NCBI GenBank assembly: GCA_002104945.1
Contig: MCFH01000015.1
Location: forward strand, 310,001-374,000
Direction: 5' to 3'
Source of the DNA: Piromyces finnis finn
Taxonomy: Eukaryota; Fungi; Neocallimastigomycota
DNA: 64,000 nucleotides
Shown here: positions 1 through 12,153 of the stretch, piece by piece
Layout of the letters: the number at the start of each line of letters is the position of its first letter
Position numbering within the stretch: position 1 is the stretch's first letter
The notes under the pieces: generated by a model
What the model was told of the DNA's origin: nothing
Databases searched by the model: none
The model's input: the letters and a program-made list of their open reading frames with translations, nothing else
Translations under genes and position numbers: made by a program

Positions 1-225
1 ACAACATGGGTAATTTAAGGCATTGGCCCAGCAAGAAGTAGCGGCTTGACCATTTGGCATACCACACCATTGACCATTTTCAACACCCCACTTACCATCG
101 CTATCAGTGTAAACGACTATATTACCATTACAGCATGGATAACCAAGCTTTTGGGAGAAACAAGAGGCAGCAGAAGCCTTGGCTGCGACAGCAGCAATTG
201 CAGTTAAAACGACAGCGAATTTCAT
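1..225 (-). CDS. 5' part of a secreted cellulosomal protein: signal peptide plus tandem fungal dockerin (CBM10-like) domains; the rest lies outside the window
   Basis: The minus strand from ATG at 225 reads [75 protein letters not shown], open to the window edge. YPCC...[10 protein letters not shown] is the anaerobic-fungal dockerin signature, and a second YPCC begins the next repeat. Not in the ORF track because the stop is outside the window. Confidence 0.92.
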   Translation of the reverse strand, partial: MKFAVVLTAIAAVAAKASAASCFSQKLGYPCCNGNIVVYTDSDGKWGVENGQWCGMPNGQAATSCWANALNYPCC

Positions 226-1540
226 TTTTGAATTACTATTTATATATTTTTTAATTATAGGAATAATTTTATTTATTTACAATTAATTTATTTATTTTAA
301 TAAGTTTATATAAATATAAATATATATATTACTATTATTATTTTATCTATTTTTTTTACAAAATAAAAAAAAAATTAATTTGTTTCTTTACTTTTTTTTT
401 TAATTTTCTGCCAGAGAAAACTATTTTTATTGTTATCAATAAAATATTGATTTATTAATAATAATGAATAAAAAAAGAAAATAAAAGTTCAAAAAAATTT
501 TTTCCCTTTATATATGATTTGAAAATGATTTGCAATTAACGGTATTTTAATATATGTAATAATTAACTTTATTATTAAATAATAGTATTTTTAATTAAAA
601 TTTAATGTAAATCACTTTTTATTAATTTCTTTTATGTTTTTGAAATTACAAATTTTAATAATTAATAATAAATAAGGTTTGGTTAATATAATTTATATAT
701 TAATATATTATTTTAATTTAAAGTGAGAATTATTTAATTTATCCTAATAATTTAATTTTAAAAAATAATACAATACATACAATTGAATAATTATTAATAC
801 ATCATAAATAACATTAATACTTTTAATATTTCATTTAATACTATTATTATTTTAATAATACGAGTACATTTTCAATATTCCAATACTTATTAAATAATAC
901 TATTATTATTTTAATACTACCTTTTTTTAATACTACTATTTTTATTTACAATTTTTTAATTAGTTCTAAAAAAAAAAAAATAAATTATAAAATTAATTAA
1001 AAAAGTAATTCTCATCATAATTAAATTAATTTATAAAAAATACAAACATTTTTTGTCAAGATTACTCAAATTATTTGGTATAATTTAATAATAAAACTTT
1101 TTTTTTATTCTATTTTTATTTTGATGTTATCTTACCATTTTATTATTGATGTCATTGACAGAATATTAAAATAGTCTTTCAATTTGAATGAGTAATGTTG
1201 AATGAATATTAAAAGGCTTATACTTTTTTTTAATAAAAGGAACAATTATAAAAAAAAAATAGGAAAAATTATAAACAATACACAAATAAACAAAAAATAA
1301 AAAGAAAGAAAATGATGGTGATTGTTTTCTCTTTACACTCAATCTCCTTACTATAGAACTAACTTTTTAATTTAAAATAAAAAAAAAATGAACTTTAAAT
1401 GAATTGGTAATAGTAAATTGTCAATGATTAAATTTTTATTGGATCTTTTGTTATAAAGAAATGATGTAATACAAATAGTTAAACTATTGTATACAATGAA
1501 ATATTAGTGACAAAGGAATAAATTCTTCATTATAACCTGG

Positions 1541-1659
1541 TATAATAATACAGCCTATTCAATAGTTGAATATCTAGTAATATAATATTCCAATTTATAT
1601 TCAATAGTTGAATATCTAGGAATATAATAATACAGCCTATTCAATAGTTGATTATCTAT
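1541..1659. repeat. Three copies of a short unit whose core is the dyad TATTCAA-TAG-TTGAATA
   Basis: Cores at 1556-1572, 1598-1614 and 1638-1654 (the third has one mismatch). Copies 1 and 3 also share TATAATAATACAGCC upstream. Confidence 0.8.
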
Positions 1660-4328
1660 GAATATTATATATTTGATTATTTATAACTTTTTATTATTTC
1701 TATGTCTTAATCATCCTTTTTTTTTATATTATAATTAATATTATCTTGAACATTATGTGGTGATCCCTTTATTTTTTATGTTTAAATTTTCAATTTTCTA
1801 ATATTAATATAAATCACAATAGATTAAAAAAAAAAAAAGTACAATAAACTATTAATTTTATATTAAATTTTGAAAAAACAAGGTTTAATTTGTTGATATT
1901 GTATTATTTTGTTACACAAAGATAATATTACTACAGAATGAATAAACTTTATTATTTATAATTTCATATTTTTATCCATTAAAAAAAAGGAAGATCCCTA
2001 AAAAATTAATATATAATACTAATATATCCATTGTACAAAAAATAGGTAGGAAAATCAGCCAATAAATAACTAAAAAAAAAAGGAGATTTTCACCAATAAT
2101 CAAATAAAATTAATAATAATCCAAACCTTAAAATATAAATAATAAATAAAGATAAGACTGAACTGTTTTAACAATAATTATAATTATAATAATTTAAATT
2201 GAATCATCCTTTAAATTTCAAAAAATGAGACAATACAATTACAATTCCTATCTTTTTATTTTAAATAATAATAAAAAAGTCTTCCTAAGAAACAATTTTA
2301 GAAAGACTATTTGTTTATGGAAAACATTGATACAAATAATAAAAGTATAGGATGAGTGAATAATACATTGATTATTGGAATGGACCGATATAAAACTATA
2401 AAATAATATAATTGTTTATTTTAATATTAATAATTTTTTTATATTAAAAAAAAAAAAAACAACCATTCTGAAACCAACTTTTTAAAAATAATAATAATGT
2501 TACTAATGATAATTTTATTTATAATTGTATTTTTATCATCTTTATAGTCAATAATTGTATAATTTGTATATTTATAATAGTTTTTTTTAATTGTATTTTA
2601 TATTCTTAGGATAATAATACACATTTTTTTACCTATAAAACTTTAATTAATAACAAATTTTATTTTTTTGTAATTTTTACATAATTGATCTGCATACAAT
2701 TTAATAAATGATTTTTGGTGAATCATAATTAAAAATGACTAAAAATAAATAATTATTTTTTTTGGTTTTATTACCTTAAATTTAAAATTACTTCAATAAT
2801 ATTTAATTAAAAATAAATTAAAAATTACTACAGTAATATTTAATAAAAAATAAAAGATTATAAAGTTAAATTATTATTAAATATTTATTAATACAAAGTA
2901 TAAATAAATTAAAAAATAAATTAATAATTAAATTCATAATAATAAAGAATATATTAATATTAAATTTTATTAAATATTAAATTAGTGTAAAAAGATGATT
3001 TATTAATAGAGAATTAATACTTTATTATTATTAATTAATTAATTAATTAATTCTTTATTAAATATTTATTATAACCAACTCAATAGATATTTATTAAATC
3101 ATTAGAAATTAATCTAATATACATAAATTTTAATTATTATAAAAATTAAAAGCGATTACTAAATTTGTATAAAAAAAATAATTAAATTTTTTAATATAAA
3201 ATAAATAGTTTATAGGCAATAAAAAATGAAATTAAAATGAAATTAAAATTGAAAAGAATATTAAAAAGACACTTTTAATAATTACAAAAGGAAATAATGA
3301 AATGAGTTGTAAAAAGTAAAAAAAAGTCAATAATGAAATGAATTTATCATTTTATTAGTATTTCTATTTTCTTTTAAATTATGATTCATGGTTAGAAATA
3401 AAAGGAAAATAATTAATGTATCTATGATTCATGATTGAATCTACGGAATGTTTTTTAATTTTGATATAAAACAATAGAACGTTATACGGCGGTAGAGAGT
3501 TTACATGTATAAAAAAGTTTTTATTATTCTTTTAGCTTTATTTTTAGGATAAAAAAAAACTATAATAAAAGTTCTATATACTATACTGAACACTGAATAG
3601 TCCATTGAAATTATATATACTTTTATTTCCATTTATTTTTACATTTATTCTTCCTTTTGACAATGATTTAAAAAAGTATAAATGTAAATTTATCCTATAT
3701 GAGAAGAAAAAAAAAACTTGTTCATCTAATAATAAAATGGCATTTTAAAAATCTCATTAAAAAATAAAAATAGAAACAATAAAATTTATCCTTGTAACAA
3801 TAATGATAATACTATTTTTAAACTTTTGACATTTTTTTTATCCCAAATAAAACTTTTATATTTAACCTGTGTTTTTTTGTTTTTACCTGAAATAAAAAAT
3901 AATAATAGTAATGTTTGTGTTTATTTACCAATAGAGCGTCTATTGTAAATTAGAAAAGAGAAAATAATACATGGGAATTATACTTTTTATCAAAAAGTAA
4001 ATGAATAAATAAATTATTTTTAAATAAATTTTAAGTTTTTTTTATGACTACGCCCTTTTTTTTTTTTTTTTTATTAAAAAATTTTAATATAAACTTTAAA
4101 AAATTTATAGTGATAAAAAGTTAAATTTTAATTTATTTAATGGATAAATTAAAAAATTATAATAATTAAAGTTTGAACTCTTTTTTTAAAATGTAAAAAA
4201 AATAAAAATTCAAAACTATTTTATTTTATTAACTAAAAGGGATTGATAGATAGAAAGATATATAGGTAAATAGGTAGAAATCATATTTATTCATTGTTAA
4301 TATAATAGTCTTTAAAAATATTAAAATG

Positions 4329-4553
4329 TAATATTCAATTATGAAATATATATAATATTAAGATATATAAAATATTCAGATATATATATTTTAATATTCA
4401 ATTATGAAATATATATAATAATTATACTATATATATAAAATATTCAGATATATAATATTCAGATATATAATATTCAGATATATATATTGTAATATTCAAT
4501 TATGAAATATATATAATAATTATACTATATATATATAATATTCAGATATATAT
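4329..4553. repeat. Composite AT-rich minisatellite just downstream of the MATE gene
   Basis: AATATTCAATTATGAAATATATATAAT occurs three times, interleaved with several ATATTCAGATATA units. Confidence 0.7.
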
Positions 4554-4684
4554 TTATAATATTTAGAGGACGATTTTAAAAAAAAAAAAGAAAGTTAAAT
4601 TATAAACTTTTTTTTATTTTTCCTTTTTTTTTTAATTTTTATTAATAATTTAAAATGAATGGTTGGATGAAATGAATTCATCAT

Positions 4685-6031
4685 TCATATTTTATCTTCA
4701 TTAGCATTGACATCAAATATATTGATTTTTTCACGTTTTAAAAGGAAAACATAGGCAAGATAGGATACCACACTATCAAAAGCATTTCCACAACCAAAAA
4801 GAAGAGCAATACCGTACAAGGAAGGAGTCCAGACTTTAGCTTTATATAAAATATAAGCGATACCATAATAAATAGAATTTGTTATTACTGATTCAAAAAA
4901 CATATACCAAATCTTTCCTAAGCCATAAAAAGTAGAATCAAATACATTTTGAATAGCATATAATATATAAAATCCAATAAGAATTAAAACAAGTTTGTAT
5001 AGGGTATCAACATTATCACTATAATCTAAAACATGAATCATAAAAGGTTTCCATAACGGAATGGTCAAAAGCCATAAAAGACAAACGATTAAAGTAATGG
5101 CAAAATAACCTAAAGATAATCTTCTAACTGAATCTTTTTTTGTACCACATTCTTTTTTAATTAATTCGCCTAATTGAGTAATAGGAATTAAGAGCCAACC
5201 CCAAATGAAATTATTAGCTACCCAATAGGTTCCTTGTTCATTAACAACATTGACCATTTTACAAATCATAGCCATGTAGGCATAATTTCTAACAAAGGAT
5301 TCAAAACCAGAAACAAATCCCTTTTTAACAAACGATTTCATCCAACCAAACGACATTTTTTCTTTATTCCATATGGAGTAACCTTCATAGTTAATAATCC
5401 AAAGAGAGGCAACCAAAAGAATAGCATTAACAATAATATTGGAATAACCAATACCATTAACTCCTAAATTGAGAGAACAAGCAAGATTGGAAACAAGGAA
5501 TAAATCAACAAAAAGACATAAAATGAGTTTCATTACCGTGAAAATATATATATATTTTTCTTTATTTATCGTAATTAAAACAACGGTAATAAAGCTTACT
5601 AAAGTTGAAAAGATATTAGCAATAACTTCAATACGAATATAAGTTGCTGATTCTGCCTTAATATCCGAGGATACTGACATCCAATTTAATAATGGATGTA
5701 TAAATAAAATGATAATAACAGCTAATACAGTGTATACCACAAATGATACTAATAAACCTGTTTTTATTCTATTAATTAATTCTTTGGTTTTATCAATGGC
5801 TTCCCCGATAAAATAAAACAATGGTAGAATGATAGCTTCTTGAGTAATTTCAAATATTAAATTTACCCATGAAAGTTGACCAGCAATGGAATAAGCATAT
5901 TCACTGGGTAATTGTCCTATAAAATAGATTCTTACCGTAGTATAAATTGTAGGAATAAAAGCTAATACCATTAAAGCAATATACATTTTTATATTAAATT
6001 GCTTTAATGACTCGAACACTTTTTTCATCAT
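4685..6031 (-). CDS. MATE-family (MOP superfamily) membrane efflux transporter, intronless, 448 aa
   Basis: Single uninterrupted ORF with about 12 hydrophobic segments in two halves. The N-terminal PTIYTTVRIYFIGQLP...SIAGQLSWVNLIFE...EAIILPLFYFIG and C-terminal LNLGVNGIGYSNI/FDSTFYGLGK motifs resemble bacterial MATE-type exporters as I recall them; no search was run. Confidence 0.8.
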   Translation of the reverse strand: MMKKVFESLKQFNIKMYIALMVLAFIPTIYTTVRIYFIGQLPSEYAYSIAGQLSWVNLIFEITQEAIILPLFYFIGEAIDKTKELINRIKTGLLVSFVVYTVLAVIIILFIHPLLNWMSVSSDIKAESATYIRIEVIANIFSTLVSFITVVLITINKEKYIYIFTVMKLILCLFVDLFLVSNLACSLNLGVNGIGYSNIIVNAILLVASLWIINYEGYSIWNKEKMSFGWMKSFVKKGFVSGFESFVRNYAYMAMICKMVNVVNEQGTYWVANNFIWGWLLIPITQLGELIKKECGTKKDSVRRLSLGYFAITLIVCLLWLLTIPLWKPFMIHVLDYSDNVDTLYKLVLILIGFYILYAIQNVFDSTFYGLGKIWYMFFESVITNSIYYGIAYILYKAKVWTPSLYGIALLFGCGNAFDSVVSYLAYVFLLKREKINIFDVNANEDKI

Positions 6032-6524
6032 TTTTATTTTTATGAATGAAATACTATTTTTTTTTAAAAAAAAAAAAAAAAAAAAAGAATTTTTAGTATA
6101 AATGGTTAAGAATAAAAAAATTGAAATTTAGTTTAGATGCCAATGCTGTTTATTTTATATTATTTACCTATTCATATGTTCTATTATTAAATTGGACATA
6201 AAAATATATTGAACAAAAAAATGAAATTGCATTAAATTAATTGAACAAATAAAATCTTATTTAATAAGGTGTTGAGTTACACAAAATTCAAAATTTCAAA
6301 AGGGTTAGATCTTGATTTCTCTTTTTTTTTTGTGTGTGTGGTATTATTTAAAAAAAGGTTATGAAAAAAAGAAAGACTAAAAAAGTCATCTCTTTATTAA
6401 CTTTGCAATAATATGTAATAATATTTTAGTATTTTATTATTAAATTTTTATTATTTTAATATACCATTTAATAAGTAAATAAAAAGAATTAAAAAAATTA
6501 CGTATATAAATTTCTTTTTTTTTA

Positions 6525-6740
6525 AAATGGATGGAGCAGTTTTATTTTGTTCATTAGTTAAATTATAAATGGATGGAGCAGTTTTATTTTGTTCATTAGT
6601 TAAATTATAAATGGATGGAGCAGTTTTATTTTGTTCATTAGTTAAATTATAAATGGATGGAGCAGTTTTATTTTGTTCATTAGTTAAATTATAAATGGAT
6701 GGAGCAGTTTTATTTTGTCCATTAGTTAAATTATAAATGG
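6525..6740. repeat. 42-bp tandem repeat, 5 copies plus 6 bp
   Basis: Unit AAATGGATGGAGCAGTTTTATTTTGTTCATTAGTTAAATTAT; four copies are identical and the fifth has one T>C change. Lies about 500 bp upstream of the MATE start. Confidence 0.95.
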
Positions 6741-8011
6741 GTAGAAACTGAAAATACAAGAAGGAATATACAATTTACAAAAAGTAACAAAAATACCAAT
6801 TTATAATAAAAAATTTATTAATGTATTATTGTAAACGACCATCATATTATTATTATCAAAGAGTAGTTTTTTTTTTTAGACTAGGAATCAAAGAGTAGTA
6901 AAACTTTTAAAGGTTTGGTTTTTTTTTAATGAGATAGATCATCGATCTATAAGAATAGTGATTACATAAATTTATGATTATTACATAGATTTATTCATAC
7001 ATTTTAAAATTTTTATGATTTTTATCTTTTATTTAAGATGCAATCATTGGTCAAAAATATGTAACTATTCATAAATATATTATATAAAACCATAAATTAT
7101 ATTAAAAATGTGACCCTATCTATGATAAAAACCTGTCAAAGACTTTGATTATCATTTTATAGATAATCAAGTTTGAAGGATTAAAAGTAACTAACCTATT
7201 GAAAAAAGGAGTAAAAAACAGTAATAAAAGGTTATATATATATTTATGAATATGTAATAATATAGATTTAAACTATTTATATAAAAGTTTTATATTGTTA
7301 TTATTAGAAAGTAATAATAAAAGTAATATTAATTAGGATGATTATTAATAAAAAAAGAGCTTATCAATAACTTTTTACTTATCATTGTTGATATTGAATT
7401 TTAATTAAATTTGATATCAAATGATTTATTTCGTTTGGGTTTCGTTTAATTAAAATTTAAAAACTCTAATGATTAAGGAAGAATTTTATTAGGAAAAAAG
7501 CAACTTTTTCTTTTTTTTTTTTATAAAAAAAAGTAACAACAAAAAGAACCAAAAAAAAAAAAAAAGAAAAACAAAAGGATTGCATTAAACTTTTTTATAT
7601 ATAAAAAAAAAAAAGAAATATTTTAAATAAATAAAAACAAACAAGTTAAAAAAAACTTCAACCAAGTCTTTTACCAAAAAAAGAAAGAGGAAAAATTAAT
7701 AACCAAAAAAAACCTTTTTTTTTTTTTTACTGTAACTACTAAAAGTAAAAAAACAATTTCTTTTTTCTTTTTTTTTTTTTTTAGTTTTAATAATAATAAA
7801 GACTTGGATAGAAATTATTTAAAAATTGGTAAAAAACAAAAAAAGTAAAAACGTTATTGTTATAAAGTAAAAAGAATAACCGATAATATATATATATATT
7901 GATATCATTTCATTGTTTTTGTAAAAAAAAAAAAGAAAAAATATTATTGTAATTTAAAATTTCATATCGAATAGCGAAAAAGGATTTCAAAAAAAGAAAA
8001 ATTTATTCAAA

Positions 8012-9566
8012 ATGTCGGAAAACCAACCACTTCTTAATAATGAAAATGGTAATATTGATAGTCAAAATTATGACACCATTTCATATTCAACTGTCAATAG
8101 TACAATAAGTGATGTCAATGTTATCAATAATGACGATATTGAAAACGGATGTTCTTCTTTTCAAGCTTGTTTTAATACCATTAACCTTTTAGGTAATTAT
8201 TTTATAAGTATATTATTATATATTATTATTATTTTTTAAAAAAGAACTATAGAATTTGAAAATAGTTTTTCATGTTGGAGAATTGGGGAAAAAAATTAAA
8301 ATGGAATTAAATTTAGAATTAAAGGAAATTTAAATATATCATATATATAAAAAAGAATTTCGAAATTGAATGTTGTAATTAAAACTAATTAACCATTTTT
8401 TTAAAATTCATATTTCTATATTTCTATATTTTTATATTTTTATATTTCTATATTATCATATACATACCCTATATTTTACTGTTTATGAAATATTTAAAAA
8501 AAAATTATAATAATTTCATGATAATCAATATATATATATATAAAGCTGGTATTGGTATTATGGCTATACCATATTGTTTTAAAATTGGAGGTGTTATTCC
8601 TTCCATTTTCTTTTTAATTACTATGGGTACAATTTCAAGATATACTGCTAGTCTTATCGGTAAATGTATTAAAAAGGATTGTTCATTAAACTCTTATTCT
8701 ATTATGGGTTTAAAATTATTTGGAAAAACAGGTTGTTCTATCATTTCATTATTCTTTATTTTTGAACTCTTTTGTTCCTTAATGGCTAATCTTATATTAG
8801 TGAGAGATACCATCAATTTATTATACCCAAAAATTCCTCAATATATCTGCTTACTCATTGCCTTTGGATGTTGTTCATCCTTGACTTACATTAAAAAATT
8901 AGTCACACTCTCTTGGATTTCATTAATTGGTTTGTTAGCCACTTTTTCATTGTTCATTGTTTTAATATTTAATGGACTTTCAAACCCTACAGGTCCAGGT
9001 TCTCTTTTCGATATTCAACAAATTAATTTATGGCCAAAAGATTTCCTTGGTCTTTTCACGGTTATAGGAATTTTCGAAATGGGATTTTCCGGACACTCTG
9101 GTAAAAAAATAAAAATTAATTTTTTATATATATTTAAATGATATATAAGAAAGATATTCAATCTTTTTAGATTTATATATAGCTAACGACCATATTTTTT
9201 TATATTTATTTTTTTTTATCTCTATAACTTAATAATACCTACCTATATTTATCTACATCTATTTTTATATATCTATCTTATATTTAAACCTATATATTTA
9301 TATTATTTACCTATATTTATGTTCCCATTTATATCTATCCATATTATCTATATTTATTCAAATATTATATTTTGATAACTAGTATTCCCAAGTATTTACC
9401 TATCTTTAACAAAAAAGAAAAAGTTTAATGGAGTTTTAACCTTTTCTTATTCCTGGATTATTATTTTATACCTTTTATTTGGTTTAGCTGGTGCTTTTAT
9501 GTATGGTGAAGATACCTATCCACAGGTAAAATAGAAGCAAATAATAATATATATAGTGATAATATG

Positions 9567-9615
<49 letters not shown>

Positions 9616-9632
9616 GCATAATAATAATAAAC

Positions 9633-9716
<84 letters not shown>

Positions 9717-10267
9717 TAATAATAATAGTAATATATAGTAATAATGCATATATAAACAATAATATACTTTATTATTGAATATTAAAAAAACTAATAAATA
9801 CTAATTATTTTATACAACTGATCTAAATTTAATAGATTATGCAAAATATATATGCTACCCTTAATAGCAAGACACAGTTTATTGGTAATATAGCGGCATG
9901 GATTATTATTATTGTACCAATTACAAAGTATGCTTTACTTATGGATCCAATAGCTTTTTCAGTAACTCAATTCATTTCTTCAAACTTTTCAAAAATAAAT
10001 ACAGAATCCAACATCTTTTTTGTCAGTTTAAAAACCATAATAACCACATTAGCTCTTATTAGTGTTATTATTGTTCCAATGTTCCAAACTATTTTGGGTG
10101 TCATGGGAAGTGCATTATGTACGGTGACTGCTTTAATCTTTCCAATTTTATGCTATCTTAAAACACATAAAGAAGCCAATAGACCTATTCATTATTTATT
10201 ATTAGCATTTTGTCTTTCTATCTGTATTTTTGGTACTATAGGAGCAGTTCATTCACTTCGTCAATAA
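8012..10267 (+). CDS. Amino-acid permease (Aa_trans/AAAP family, AVT1-like), paralog 1; exons 8012-8192, 8546-9100, 9383-9525, 9836-10267; 436 aa
   Basis: All junctions are GT-AG and the spliced length is 1311 nt, in frame. Family motifs: FNTINLLAGIGIMAIPYCF, GFSGHSVFPSIY, AFMYG...PQI, PITKYALLMDP, GSALCTVTALIFP. Confidence 0.9.
9570..9715. repeat. (AAT)n microsatellite within intron 3 of permease paralog 1
   Basis: Near-pure AAT run with two short interruptions. Confidence 0.95.
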
Positions 10268-12153
10268 AATACTTTAACACTATTTCAAAGTATTATTTCA
10301 AAAAAAATACGTTGTTTTATCACTACAATTATCATTCTAGATAGATAAAACTATTTTAATAATGTGATTTATTAAAATAGTTTATACTTTTATAAATAGA
10401 TATATTTCTTTTATCGTAACCATACCTTTTTTTTTTTCCATAAAATATTAATATCTTCTTTTTATTCACTACTGATAGTTTTATTTTTTAAAAAAAAACT
10501 ATAGTTTTCACTATAATTGTAAAAAATAATAATACTTTATAATAATAATAAATTGTCATTATCCTATAAAGTTGTTATTATGCTTTTTTTCCTTTTTATT
10601 ATTATTAAATTATTGTCAAGGGTGTTGGGGGCTTTTTTTTTTCTTTTATTATACTTGAAAATTGTATACTTTTAATTTTTTATATTAAATAAAAGCAAAA
10701 ATAAAAATATTTACCTTTGATAAGATTAAGAAACTTTGTACTTTTATATAAACTAATTTTTTTTAATTATTATTTTATTTTTCATATTTGATATTATGAA
10801 TAAAGAATTTCCTTTTTTTTTTTTGGTAATCCATATCCATACAAAAGTAAATTGACATTTATATTACTTTCCTTTTTTCTTTTAGCATAATTTATATTTT
10901 TTACTTTTTACTTTTGTACTTGCTCTACCGTTCAATAGAGGGTAATAGAATTAGAAAAAAAAAAAAAAAAAAAAAAAAAAAAGGAAATATTATTTATATA
11001 TTTATTTAAAATTTAAAAAAAAAAAATGAAAACTTTTTCCTACTAAATAGATTTTGTATTCCATATTCCTTTTTTTTTTTTCCACTTCCACTTCCACCTC
11101 CTTTCCATATACTTTTTTTTTTTTATTGGCATTTTATTAAATCATTTTTTGATGTTGTTTTCTTTTTTTAAAAAATGTAAACTAACAATTTATTGGTTGA
11201 TGATAAACTAATGTTAACACATTTTAACTCTTTTCTTTATTAGTATTGGTTTAAAATCAACAAATTTCATGAAAACCTCCATCAGCAATTTGTTGATTTT
11301 TTAATTTAATTAATTTCATATTTTTTAATTAATTAAAAATTAGTTAATAAATTAAATTTTTTTAATATTAAAATTTCACTTTAAAAAAAATAATATATTA
11401 GCGAAGGTGCATTGATTGGATTTTTTATGGGTAAAAAAATGTTAACTCACCATTTCACCATCCACCACCAACCATCAATTCACAAATTTTTTTGGGAAAG
11501 GTTTGAATAATGCTACAGAAAACAAAATACCAGTTGCAGCAGCAACAGCAATAGCAACAGCTAATAAGTCGTATTAATAAAGAAATTATTGATGTTTTTT
11601 TTTTTTTTTTTTTTTTTTTTTCCTTTTTACAATTGGTTTAAAGTTTTTTTTTTATTGATTATTGGATAATTTCAATTTAAAAATTTATAATTGAAATATA
11701 TTAAAAGATATATTAAAAAAAAAAAAAAAAAAACTATTAATTTAATCCATCCACCACCATCAACAGCTCTTTTTTTTTTTTTTTTTTTTTTACCTTTACA
11801 AAAACTAAAAACTAAAAACTAAAAAAAAAAATATTTATTTAAATAGAAAAAGGATTTCCTTTTTTTTTTTTTTTTCTTCTTCATTTCAACTTTCAATATT
11901 TTATAATTTGTATAGTTTTTAAAAAGAAGGAAAAAAAAATATTATATAAATACCTTTTTCATATTTAAATAAATTATTAATTAAAAAAAGATACTACAAA
12001 CTAAAAAAAAAAAAAGAAAGATATATCAAGAAAAAAAAAAAAAAAAAAAGAAATAAAAAATAAAACTAGATAAATATAAGAATAAAAAATAAAGTGAAAA
12101 TAATAATAATAAAAGATAGTGTATTAAAAAAAAAAAAAAAAAAGGATATAAAA

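Noticed and set aside
54-254. ORF-track 66-aa + strand ORF
   Set aside because: It is the antisense shadow of the dockerin gene on the minus strand.
2280-2400. Weakly coding-like patch sharing ATTGGAATGG with about 33935-33950
   Set aside because: No open frame or recognisable motif, and a 10-mer match is not sufficient evidence.
3481-3510. TAAACTCTCT and CCGCCGTA (minus strand) also seen near 21175-21240
   Set aside because: The spacing differs and the matches are short, so chance cannot be excluded.
6451-6759. 102-aa minus-strand ORF with 14-aa repeats, and the idea of a CRISPR-like array
   Set aside because: It is the translation of a 42-bp head-to-tail repeat with no unique spacers and no cas genes, in a eukaryote.
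9484-9759. Poly-Leu and poly-Tyr ORFs
   Set aside because: These are readings of the intronic (AAT)n tract.
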